From positions 64,001-128,000 of the forward strand of contig JAEHCO010000001.1 of NCBI GenBank assembly GCA_020697715.1: a stretch of 64,000 nucleotides of DNA. Reading direction: 5' to 3'. This DNA comes from Methanobacteriota archaeon. Lineage in GTDB: Archaea; Thermoplasmatota; Thermoplasmata; SG8-5; JAGLSY01. The notes under the pieces were generated by a model. It did not search any database and was not told the origin of the DNA. It saw only the letters and a list, made by a program, of their open reading frames with translations. Shown in pieces: positions 16,707 to 26,214 of this stretch (its first letter is position 1; each line of letters begins with the position of its first letter). The translations under genes and the position numbers were made by a program.

Positions 16707-17585
16707 ATGCAAGATAGGATCTATTCAGTAAAATGCCCGAGTTGCGGAACAGTCCATAATGGCCCAATAGGTTACATGTCACCTCACCAGGGGTATTTTT
16801 ATTGCCAGAAATGCACAGCTACAGTGAATATCAACCCAGATACTGGCGAGATAATTCCATATGAAATTTGGACACAGCATAACTATTATTCAAAAAGATC
16901 ACATTATCCAGGTTTGTACGAGCTTGAGGACAAGCCTACTAAATTCTCACCAAACCTTCTGGTCAAAGCAATGTTCAAGCCGAAAGAAGCATTTACGGAA
17001 TTGTACCATATATCCAGCATGGAGATGGGGATCGCATTATTGATCATGTTTGCAGTATTGACATCGACTATCTCATTTTTGGCTTATCAAATATCAGGCT
17101 CGGATAATATTGCTGTCGGAATGGGTTCCCAACTTCCCATTTCCTGGGTAACATTGGCCTTAATTTCATTGCCACTGGCAATTTTATCTTCATTGATAAT
17201 GGGCTGGCTCGCGGCAAAGATATCCGAATACTTCAAGGGAAGAAATGATTTCAAGAAAACGATCGCGCTAATGGGATATGCTGGAATGCCAGGGTTTGTC
17301 ATTGGGATACTGAACAGCATGATAATCGCCTCCAGTCTTGTGACAATGCCAGACTATTCAGACCCTATGGATCTTGACATAAATGCACTTCTCGTTTATG
17401 CGGCAGTAATTGGCGTCATAGGAATTATCAGCCTGATATGGGGGTTGATAGTATATGGCTCTGCTGTTTCAGTGGCCAATAATGTCTCATTCGGCGAGGG
17501 GATCTTATGCTATTTGGGAGCGGCGATATTGGTGGGTATTCTGTCAGCAATATTAATGGTGCCATTAGCCTTTATCATGATCTGA
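16707..17585 (+). CDS. Zinc ribbon + Yip1-domain membrane protein
   Basis: CPSCG...CQKC; AMFKPKEAF.EL followed by ~5 TM helices, FKG..DFKKT..LMGYA.MP Yip1-like pattern. Confidence 0.72.
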   Translation: MQDRIYSVKCPSCGTVHNGPIGYMSPHQGYFYCQKCTATVNINPDTGEIIPYEIWTQHNYYSKRSHYPGLYELEDKPTKFSPNLLVKAMFKPKEAFTELYHISSMEMGIALLIMFAVLTSTISFLAYQISGSDNIAVGMGSQLPISWVTLALISLPLAILSSLIMGWLAAKISEYFKGRNDFKKTIALMGYAGMPGFVIGILNSMIIASSLVTMPDYSDPMDLDINALLVYAAVIGVIGIISLIWGLIVYGSAVSVANNVSFGEGILCYLGAAILVGILSAILMVPLAFIMI

Positions 17586-17665
17586 TGAATAAATCTGAAA
17601 CCACCACTAATTATTACACCCAGGACATGAGTTCATTCTAAACTCACTAAACACATTCTGCCTAT

Positions 17666-18835
17666 TTATCCCAGTGGTGACATCTTCCTGAGCTTTTCTA
17701 TCACTCCAGGAAGTACCTCAAGCACCTTCTCGACTTCAGCATCGGTGGTTTGACGCCCCAGTGTGAGCCTCATGGAACCATGTGCTTCCTCAGCCTTGAG
17801 GCCAATGGCCAGCATGACATGGGATGGATCCAAAGATGCGGATGAGCATGCGGATCCAGTGGTGACCGCTATACCATGATAATCCAGATTCAGAAGGATC
17901 GCTTCTCCCTCTATGTGGGAGAACCTAACATTGACATTATTGGGCAAGCGCTTGGTCCTGTGACCATTAAGGTAGGTCTCTGGTATCTTGGCCATGATCT
18001 CATTGATCATATGATCGCGCATCTTCATTTCCCTGGCCGTATCCTCTTCCATCCTCTGGCCACATACTTCCGCGGCCTTGCCAAGGCCAACTATAGCAGG
18101 TACATTCTCGGTTCCCGATCTAAGACCTCTTTCATGACTTCCACCATGATTTATTCTTGATATTCGCAAGCCTTTTCGAATGTAGAGCGCGCCTATTCCC
18201 TTTGGAGCGTAGATCTTGTGCCCGGATAATGATAGAAGATCAATTCCCATTTCCTTAACATCAATGGGAATTTTACCATATGCCTGAACAGCATCCGTGT
18301 GCAGAATAGCTCCTTTCTCATGCGCGATCCTGGCCAGTTCCTTGATATCCTGGACAACGCCTATCTCATTATTACCGAATATTATAGAGACCAATGATGT
18401 ATTGTCCCTGAAAGAATCTGTATACTCATCGATCTTCACAATGCCTTCTTCATCCACAGGGACATAGGTGACCTCGAAGCCAGTTTTTTCCAGATGCTGG
18501 AAGGTTCTGAGGACTGCGGGATGTTCTATCGAAGAGGTCATGATATGCGTGCCGTTTTTCCTTGAGCCATTGAGATATCCCTTTATGGCCATATTATCGG
18601 ATTCGGTACCGCCAGATGTGAAAATAATTTCTTCAGGCTCTGCCCCGATAAGGTCCGCTACCTGTTTCCTTGCCTTTTCTATTCCCTCTCTGGATCCTCG
18701 ACCAAAGGAGTGGATATTGGATGCATTCCCGTATACTTCATTGAAATAGGGGAGCATGGCCTCCAATACCAGGGGGTCCACAGGTGTCGACGATGCATGG
18801 TCCATGTAAATTCTATCACTAGCCATTTCAATCAC
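17666..18835 (-). CDS. iscS: Cysteine desulfurase (IscS/NifS)
   Basis: FTSGGTESDN, HTDAVQ, SGHKIYAPKG, TGSACSS. Confidence 0.95.
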   Translation of the reverse strand: MIEMASDRIYMDHASSTPVDPLVLEAMLPYFNEVYGNASNIHSFGRGSREGIEKARKQVADLIGAEPEEIIFTSGGTESDNMAIKGYLNGSRKNGTHIMTSSIEHPAVLRTFQHLEKTGFEVTYVPVDEEGIVKIDEYTDSFRDNTSLVSIIFGNNEIGVVQDIKELARIAHEKGAILHTDAVQAYGKIPIDVKEMGIDLLSLSGHKIYAPKGIGALYIRKGLRISRINHGGSHERGLRSGTENVPAIVGLGKAAEVCGQRMEEDTAREMKMRDHMINEIMAKIPETYLNGHRTKRLPNNVNVRFSHIEGEAILLNLDYHGIAVTTGSACSSASLDPSHVMLAIGLKAEEAHGSMRLTLGRQTTDAEVEKVLEVLPGVIEKLRKMSPLG

Positions 18836-18966
18836 TTGGCCACCTGTAATAGTTAATGGTATTTAACTCTGATTTTCTTGCACAACTTCATTTCCTTCAT
18901 GAATTGAATATAATGAGAGAATGTGCTTAAAAGAATGAAAAATGTTTTATCTTTTATTAGTATGAC

Positions 18967-19695
18967 TTGGAACGTGATAGAATGACCGAAATATTGTACA
19001 TGAAAGATAATGATTCAAATTACATCAAGGAATTCGAGGCAAGGGTTGTCAAGACCAAGGATAATTATGTCGTACTGGACAAGACCGCTTTCTATGCCAT
19101 CGGCGGAGGCCAGCCTTCAGATACTGGCCTTCTTCGCTGGAATGGTGGAGAAAGCAAGGTCATCGAGGTCACCAAGAAGGGTATCATCAAGCACCATCTG
19201 GAGGGAGGTATACCTCCAGATGGCACTGAGGTCAAGGGCATACTGGACTGGGATAAAAGATACGGCCACATGCGCATGCACACCGCCCAGCATATCGTAT
19301 CAGGGGTGGTGTTCGATGAGTTCGGAGCCAGAACAGTGGGTAACCAGCTTTACCACGACAAGGCAAGGGTGGATCTTCATCCGATCAAATTAGATGAAGA
19401 AGATCTGACAAAGATAGAAAAGATGGCCAATGATATCATCTCGCAGGAACTGGAGGTCAGCATATATACCGAGACTCGAGCCATTTTGCTATCCAGTGTG
19501 GATGTGGAAAGGAGTAATCTGGACCTCATACCCGAGCATATCGAGAACCTGAGGGTGGTGAATGTGAAGGACTTTGATATATGCCCATGTGCTGGCACCC
19601 ATGTGCGGAATACCAAAGAACTGGGTAAGGTCAACATTATCAAGAAGGACAATAAAGGTAAGGAAAGAGTTAGAATTACCTATGTTTTGGAATGA
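18967..19695 (+). CDS. alaXM: Alanyl-tRNA editing protein AlaX-M
   Basis: GGGQPSDTG, MRMHTAQH, CAGTHV. Confidence 0.9.
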   Translation: MERDRMTEILYMKDNDSNYIKEFEARVVKTKDNYVVLDKTAFYAIGGGQPSDTGLLRWNGGESKVIEVTKKGIIKHHLEGGIPPDGTEVKGILDWDKRYGHMRMHTAQHIVSGVVFDEFGARTVGNQLYHDKARVDLHPIKLDEEDLTKIEKMANDIISQELEVSIYTETRAILLSSVDVERSNLDLIPEHIENLRVVNVKDFDICPCAGTHVRNTKELGKVNIIKKDNKGKERVRITYVLE

Positions 19696-19810
19696 GTATT
19701 TGATCATTCTATCAATGAAATGGCAGAAAGGATAATAAAGCATAATCAAATACCACTTATTACCCTAATGAGAGCTTGGAATGATTCAATAAATAAAGGT
19801 GGAAATAATA

Positions 19811-21688
19811 ATGCCAGGAATATTCGGACTTATGGATCTCGATCATTCTATAAATGATACCTTTGAACTAATGAAAAAGACACTGAATTATATACCAAAA
19901 TTCAAAATGCAAGAGGAAAAAATAGATCTCGGCCTTGCTGGAAAACTCTCATTACCCATATTTGACAAAGGGGATCAAACCTCATGGAATATTGATAAGA
20001 CCATAATGATTATGATCGATGGATACATAGTTAACGGTGATGAGCTAATCGAGAAATATGGGCTCGATCATAAGCTCAAAGAGTCTTCATGGTCAGAATT
20101 GTGCATTAAGCTTTATGAAAAACTAGGAAAGCAATTCATAAAAGAATTGAATGGCTCTTTCAATATGTTCATATCCGACAGTGTGGATAATAAGATAATT
20201 TTGGCAAATGATCGTTTCGGACACCGGCCGCTCTATTATTATGCTGGAGATAAGCATTTGATATATTCTTATGAGTTCAAGGGAGTCCTTTGTGATAGAA
20301 GGATCCCCAGAAAGCTCGATCTGGATAGCGTGGGAAGTCTTTTCGCCTTTGGGTATGTTTGGGGAGATCGAACCCTTATTGAAGGAGTTAGGATGCTGGA
20401 CGCCGCTTCTATTCTAGAATGGGATGCCTCTGGAACGAAGATTGAAAATTATTGGTTTGTGAAATATCCTACGGATCAAGATCAAAAAGATCCTGTTGAC
20501 CTGAAAGATATAGACCACTACCTGGATCTGGCGATGAAGCGAATAAAAGGATTGACTGGCAATAAGATTTTGTTCCTAAGCGGAGGATTGGATTCCAGAG
20601 CGATAGGATGTTATTTCAACCGCCATGATATTGAATATTCGACAGGTTCATTTGGGACATCTGAAACAAATGATGTGAAGATTGCGAAACAGGTCTCTGA
20701 TAAACTATCAAAAAGCCACACTGCATATGGATTCAATACTCAGCAAGGGGAGAAGATCCTCAAAGATTTCTTAAAGATCACCGATGGAATGGTCTCATGC
20801 GCATATATGTCAAATGCCCTTCCATGGGATGAAATGGGGAAGACCTGGAATATCGCGGTTCATGGTAATGGAGGCGATCTGCTTTTCGGCTCTTATTATC
20901 GACTGGAATTCGACCAATTGCCAAAGGATGACAAGGCATATTCCATAATATTCAAAAGCTATAATACAGGATTTACAAAGGACCAGATGGAAAAATTATT
21001 CAAACCCAAATACTCAAACAGAATATGGAATGGCACTCTTAAGATGTTCAAGGACGCATATCCGGCAAATAAAGATCATTCTGCCAATAGGATATCCGAA
21101 TATCTATGTTTTGTGCAGAAAGTCAAACGATATGTCAGCGTATCACCCTGGGTAATAAACAACCATATGGAACCAGTGAACCCTTTCTTTGATAATGACC
21201 TCATCGATCTCACACTGAACCTATCAGAATCACAAAAAGAGAACCAAAATGCATATATCCATACTCTTATTGAACAATTCCCGGAGACCATGAGCATCCC
21301 CCGAGTTCATGGAATAGATATTGAAGAGATTAAGACCAGTCTATTCAAAGAAGATATTAAAAAGAAAAGGATCAAGCGGTTATTGGCACTACCCAAAATG
21401 GCCTACCGAAAATACATCTCAAACAAGTTATTTCCACAAAAGATACATTACTGGAACCTTGAGTATATGACAAGGCATGAATTCAAAGATGTGTTCAGAG
21501 ATTTCGTGCTCGATAAAAGGACACTAGATAGAGGATTTTTCGATCCAGATGAATTGAAAAGACTATGGTACCAACATACAAATGCCTTCTTCTTAAAGAA
21601 CAATAGTCCAAAGCTCGCTCTTATCGTGAGTTTTGAATACTTTTGCAGAACCTTTCTTGATGATGAACCTGATCTTAAGCTCAAATGA
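19811..21688 (+). CDS. AsnB-like amidotransferase, glycan-cluster type
   Basis: NGSF, DRFGHRPLYY, LSGGLDSR, PFFDNDL; begins MPGIFG (no Cys2). Confidence 0.82.
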   Translation: MPGIFGLMDLDHSINDTFELMKKTLNYIPKFKMQEEKIDLGLAGKLSLPIFDKGDQTSWNIDKTIMIMIDGYIVNGDELIEKYGLDHKLKESSWSELCIKLYEKLGKQFIKELNGSFNMFISDSVDNKIILANDRFGHRPLYYYAGDKHLIYSYEFKGVLCDRRIPRKLDLDSVGSLFAFGYVWGDRTLIEGVRMLDAASILEWDASGTKIENYWFVKYPTDQDQKDPVDLKDIDHYLDLAMKRIKGLTGNKILFLSGGLDSRAIGCYFNRHDIEYSTGSFGTSETNDVKIAKQVSDKLSKSHTAYGFNTQQGEKILKDFLKITDGMVSCAYMSNALPWDEMGKTWNIAVHGNGGDLLFGSYYRLEFDQLPKDDKAYSIIFKSYNTGFTKDQMEKLFKPKYSNRIWNGTLKMFKDAYPANKDHSANRISEYLCFVQKVKRYVSVSPWVINNHMEPVNPFFDNDLIDLTLNLSESQKENQNAYIHTLIEQFPETMSIPRVHGIDIEEIKTSLFKEDIKKKRIKRLLALPKMAYRKYISNKLFPQKIHYWNLEYMTRHEFKDVFRDFVLDKRTLDRGFFDPDELKRLWYQHTNAFFLKNNSPKLALIVSFEYFCRTFLDDEPDLKLK

Positions 21689-21719
21689 AGGCCCCTAATG
21701 CAGAAGCCTGATTCGAATA

Positions 21720-23120
21720 TCAAACATTTGTCACATCAGATGGTTTGGTAGAGATTTTTTTATCGATAACAGGAACCTTCCAGGTGCCCCTTGACACCCA
21801 GGCGATCGCCACCAATGCACTGATCACATTGCTCAGCATCATACCCACCCAGATACCTGTGGCCCCCCAGTCCATATAGAATGCTAAAAGGAATACTAGT
21901 GGAACACGCAGACCCCATAATCGGATGATACCGAGTATCATACTGGGAACTGTCTGGCCAGATGCCTGGAAAGCGGACTGCGCACTGCCAAATACCCCGA
22001 AAAAGAGAATGGACATCCCGAATATCATCAGGAATCTTCCTCCCTCTTCTATCACTTCACGGTCATTGATAAATAGCTCGAATATCGGCTTCCTGAAGAT
22101 GTAGAAAGTGGTCGAGCACATAAAGAGCAGGATGGCTGTGAGAGCCATCGTGGTGTTCAGCACCTTGCCTGCCCGTTTTATCTTATTGGCTCCCAGGTTC
22201 TGGCCGATCATGGTCATGGCCGCGCCGGTCAATCCGCCAGTTATGACGAATACCATGTTGATCACCCTGTTCCCAACTCCATAAGTCGCCAGAACGACAG
22301 TACTGGTCTGGGCCACAAAGCCCATTAATATAACGAATCCAAAAGCCACCATGGCTTGACCAACTGATGCTGGGATCCCGATCTTGAATATCTGGATGAC
22401 CTTTTCCTTCTCCAGTTTGAGATGGGACCATTTTATCGTCAGGCTCTTGCCCCTGAAGAGAAGGTAGAAACAGATAAAACCTCCAATACTGCGAGATATC
22501 AGAGTTGCTAATGCCGCACCTGTGACCCCATAGGCTGGCAATCCCCCCCATCCGAATATCAGAATGGGGTCCAGAACGATATTGAGGATCACACTGAAGG
22601 CCGCGATGTACATGGGTGTCTTCATATCTCCCCAGCCACGAAGTATGGCGGCATAGGTCATCATCATGAACATGAAGGGCATACTGACGAATATCACCTT
22701 GATGTAGGGAGATGCCAGTTCTATAAGAGCTGGGTCCGCACCCATGAAGTTCAGAACAGTATCTGTGGCTAATATTCCCACGAAGCATATCACGATGGAC
22801 ATCAGTGTAAGCAAGCCCATGACCTGCCCTGCAGATTTCTTGACCTCTTCCTCATCCTTCGCTCCCGTGTATTGAGCTACGAGAGCCACACCAGCGACTG
22901 AAAGCCCGGAAGCAAGAGATATGAAAAGGAATACTATTGGCCAGGCCAATGAAGGTGCTGCCACTGCCTCTACTGGATTAAGACCCAGGCTTCCGGTCTT
23001 GCCAAGCCAGTAAGTGTCTATGAGATTATAGGCCATTTGAAAGAATTGTGTAAGCATCATGGGCCAGCCAAGAATGAAAAGGGTCTTCGCTATGGGACCT
23101 CGAAGTATCATTCTCTGCAT
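21720..23120 (-). CDS. MATE-family efflux transporter (possible true start ATT 23150)
   Basis: YNLIDTYWLG, LRGWGDMKTPM, NIVLDPILIFG, GQNLGA. Confidence 0.92.
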   Translation of the reverse strand: MQRMILRGPIAKTLFILGWPMMLTQFFQMAYNLIDTYWLGKTGSLGLNPVEAVAAPSLAWPIVFLFISLASGLSVAGVALVAQYTGAKDEEEVKKSAGQVMGLLTLMSIVICFVGILATDTVLNFMGADPALIELASPYIKVIFVSMPFMFMMMTYAAILRGWGDMKTPMYIAAFSVILNIVLDPILIFGWGGLPAYGVTGAALATLISRSIGGFICFYLLFRGKSLTIKWSHLKLEKEKVIQIFKIGIPASVGQAMVAFGFVILMGFVAQTSTVVLATYGVGNRVINMVFVITGGLTGAAMTMIGQNLGANKIKRAGKVLNTTMALTAILLFMCSTTFYIFRKPIFELFINDREVIEEGGRFLMIFGMSILFFGVFGSAQSAFQASGQTVPSMILGIIRLWGLRVPLVFLLAFYMDWGATGIWVGMMLSNVISALVAIAWVSRGTWKVPVIDKKISTKPSDVTNV

Positions 23121-23192
23121 TCGTTTGGAAGTTTGAACCGTCTTGCTAATTCAGACACCTCCATGAACCATCTCACAGAACAACTGCATATG

Positions 23193-23249
23193 TGTGCATA
23201 TATAGACATAGATATTTAAACATTTGTATGTATGTGCATATATGCAAAT
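23193..23249. promoter_or_regulatory. Candidate operator repeats flanking a TATA box in the divergent MATE/HemK2 spacer
   Basis: tgtgcatatat at 23193 and 23233; palindrome tgcatatatgca 23235-46; TATTTAAA 23213-20 lies between them. Confidence 0.35.
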
Positions 23250-23300
23250 CAGAGCAGGTGCCGACATCAAATCTTTATATCAATGAGCGATGCTCGTATC

Positions 23301-23897
23301 ATGGAATATGATCAGGATATTGATATTCAGGTGGTTGATGGCGTATATGAACCAGCAGAGGATTCCTTCCTTCTGCTGAGATCCATTGACCTAAAGCCAG
23401 GCATGCAGATGCTCGGTATGCGGATGCTCGAGGTAGGTACTGGCTCTGGCTTCATCTCCTTGCATTGTGCAAAAGCAGGAGCAATGGTAACAGCCACGGA
23501 CATTAACCCCGTGGCTGTTGACAATGCCCGATCCAATGCAAAGCGGAACAATTTACAGATCGATATTGTCCAGACCGATCTGGGTTCCGGAATTTCTGGC
23601 AAGTTCGATATCATTCTGTTCAATCCACCCTACATCACAGGCGAGGATAGTGAAATATTGAACAATCGGGAGAAGGAGCAATTGGTCGGTGGTGAGGGCG
23701 GGCATGAATTATCTATCAGATTTCTGGATGAAGTGCGCGATCTTCTTTGCGAAGAGGGCAGTATATTCCTTCTGACATCATCCCAGTCAGAAAATAATAT
23801 ATTGGAATATGCCAGTAAGTATTTTGAATTCACAAAAAAAGGTACAGAGAACCTGTTCTTTGAGGTTCTCTCTGTTTATAGATTCATGAAAAATTGA
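23301..23897 (+). CDS. HemK2/MTQ2-family N5-glutamine methyltransferase
   Basis: VYEPAEDSFLL, LEVGTGSG, FNPPY; TTTATA box upstream favours start 23301. Confidence 0.9.
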   Translation: MEYDQDIDIQVVDGVYEPAEDSFLLLRSIDLKPGMQMLGMRMLEVGTGSGFISLHCAKAGAMVTATDINPVAVDNARSNAKRNNLQIDIVQTDLGSGISGKFDIILFNPPYITGEDSEILNNREKEQLVGGEGGHELSIRFLDEVRDLLCEEGSIFLLTSSQSENNILEYASKYFEFTKKGTENLFFEVLSVYRFMKN

Positions 23898-23975
23898 ATG
23901 GAAATTGATGCATGTGGATTTATACAAGCAAGCCATGAGATAAAATTATAAGTATCCATTTGTGATTGCTGGGCT

Positions 23976-24926
23976 ATGGTCAAGTATTCCTTGAATAAAT
24001 CTCCACCTCCACGCAGTATATGGATAGAACCCACCAATCACTGCAATCTCAAATGTGTGTTTTGTTTCCATGCGACCAATAAGATGACACGAGAAAAAAA
24101 GCATATGGAATTTGAGACATTCCAAAAAATAATATCAAATATCAAAGATTTCAAGCCTATGGTCGTTTTACATCACTCTGGAGAATCATTTTTGCATAAT
24201 CAACTGGTGGATTTCATAAAACATGCGAAAGAGAATGGATTGGAGGTAGGAATGACCACCAATGGCACTCTTCTGGAGAAAGATGATTGGGCAATATTGA
24301 ATTCTGGTATTGATAAACTGAATATCTCCTTTGCTGGTGTGGATGAAGAAGACTATGCTCTGGTTCGCCAAAAAGATGAATATGCCAAAGTGAGGCAGAA
24401 CACGATCAATATAGCCGCCAAAAAGATAGAAAGGAAGGTGAAGATGGATATTGTGGTGAATATCGTCCGTACTCAAAATAATAAAGACCGCATAACAGAA
24501 TTTGAGAGTTCCTATGGGGCTCTGGAAGGAATTGATAATGTACTTATCAGGGATCTAATGGATTGGCATGATGAGGTCGATGTGGAAGGTCTGGCACAAG
24601 AAAAGAAGAAAGGCCACAACAAATATATTGTGGCCGCTTGGAGACGGATGCATCGTGTCCTATACAGTATCAGTGGCAAGGAAGATCATTTCAATAAAGG
24701 ACAAATATGCCTCGCACCGTATTATTCTGCCGGGATCTTATCCAATGGCGCGGTCGTACCTTGCTGCTACGATTTCAATGGAGATATCGATCTGGGCAAT
24801 ATAAAGACAAAGAGCTTCCTGGACATATGGAATGGGGAGGAGATGAGACAGCTCAGGAAGATACTTAACTCGGAGAAGGAAACAGCCAAACATCCCATAT
24901 GCGGACCATGTCGAAAACCCTGGTAG
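23976..24926 (+). CDS. Radical SAM protein with SPASM/twitch domain
   Basis: CNLKCVFC, GESFLH, TTNG; C...G.V.PCC...LGN...IWN...C..C. Confidence 0.9.
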   Translation: MVKYSLNKSPPPRSIWIEPTNHCNLKCVFCFHATNKMTREKKHMEFETFQKIISNIKDFKPMVVLHHSGESFLHNQLVDFIKHAKENGLEVGMTTNGTLLEKDDWAILNSGIDKLNISFAGVDEEDYALVRQKDEYAKVRQNTINIAAKKIERKVKMDIVVNIVRTQNNKDRITEFESSYGALEGIDNVLIRDLMDWHDEVDVEGLAQEKKKGHNKYIVAAWRRMHRVLYSISGKEDHFNKGQICLAPYYSAGILSNGAVVPCCYDFNGDIDLGNIKTKSFLDIWNGEEMRQLRKILNSEKETAKHPICGPCRKPW

Positions 24927-25032
24927 GTCATCTACTCATTCCCAATATCCGCATACCGAATTAGATGGTTACAAACCAGAATGGGCAAAATATCGACTGC
25001 AACATATTTTTACCAGAGACCTTATATCAGCT

Positions 25033-26172
25033 GTGATGAAGATATTGATGCTCCTCTCCAATTCATTCACCCATGACCCCAGGGTGCATAGAGAAGCCTT
25101 GAGCCTTATCAAGCATGGCTATGAGGTCAAAATAGTATGCTGGGATAGGCAGAGTCAGCATACATTGGAAGATTCCAAAGATGGTATTAAGATCCATCGA
25201 GTTCATAATACTGGATTTATGAAGCTCATTCCTTATGATCTATTTAAGCTTGGATCATGGTGGAGACTAGGCTTCAAGCGTGCGGTGGCATTGCATGAAA
25301 AAGAAGGATTTGACATCATCCACTGCCATGACATGGACACACTGGACATAGGTGTTAAACTGAAGGATAAGCTGAAATTACCTTTGATATATGATGCCCA
25401 TGAGATATGGCCATATATGGTCAAGGGTGAGATCCCGAACTTTCTTATAGACCACTTTGAAAAGAAAGAGGGAAAGATGATAAAAAGGGCAGACAAGCTG
25501 ATAACTGTAAGTGAAAAGGTAGCGAAATATCTTGTTTCTCAGGGAGCCAACATGGAAGACATCAATATTGTGATGAATGCTAAAGAGCCTGTTGGATCAT
25601 ATACTCCGACAGACAATAATATCCCCAGTGTGCTGTACATTGGAACTCTCAAAAAGAATAGATTCGTCAAGGAACTGGCAGAGGCTGCTTCAAAAATAGA
25701 TGGCATACAGGCCATCATAGCAGGAATGGGATCTGAAGAAGAAATTTTGATAAGCATTGCAAAGGATTCTAAGAGCTTGAAATTCTTGGGCAAAGTACCC
25801 ATGAAGGAGGTCATACCCATGACCCTGGCTTCTGATATTGTATATTGTATGTTCGATCCAGATCACCCTCTTACAAAGATCGGCTCACCCAATAAATTCT
25901 TCGAAGCACTGGCCACTGGCCGACCTATCCTCGCATCCAAAGGAACTTATGTAGGGGAGATGGTCGAGAAACTGAACTGTGGTATTGTGGCTGATCCCAC
26001 CATAAGTGGGATCCAAGACAGACTTTTATTCATCAAAGAACATCCTGAGGAACTGGAACAGATGGGGCGAAATGCACTGAAAGCCGCCTTGGATGGATAT
26101 AACTGGGAAGCACAGGAAAAAGTATTGATAGGGGTCTACGAAAGAATGAAAACAGAGAAATCACAAGGCTAG
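25033..26172 (+). CDS. GT4 glycosyltransferase
   Basis: DPRV..EA, IHCHD, YDAHE, PNKFFEALATGRP. Confidence 0.9.
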   Translation: MMKILMLLSNSFTHDPRVHREALSLIKHGYEVKIVCWDRQSQHTLEDSKDGIKIHRVHNTGFMKLIPYDLFKLGSWWRLGFKRAVALHEKEGFDIIHCHDMDTLDIGVKLKDKLKLPLIYDAHEIWPYMVKGEIPNFLIDHFEKKEGKMIKRADKLITVSEKVAKYLVSQGANMEDINIVMNAKEPVGSYTPTDNNIPSVLYIGTLKKNRFVKELAEAASKIDGIQAIIAGMGSEEEILISIAKDSKSLKFLGKVPMKEVIPMTLASDIVYCMFDPDHPLTKIGSPNKFFEALATGRPILASKGTYVGEMVEKLNCGIVADPTISGIQDRLLFIKEHPEELEQMGRNALKAALDGYNWEAQEKVLIGVYERMKTEKSQG

Positions 26173-26214
26173 TACATTTATATATACCTTAGGAATTCAA
26201 AGCTTAGGTACATA

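Noticed and set aside
17583-17598. TGATGA...CTGA as a C/D box sRNA
   Set aside because: Boxes are only 6 nt apart, leaving no room for guides or C'/D' boxes
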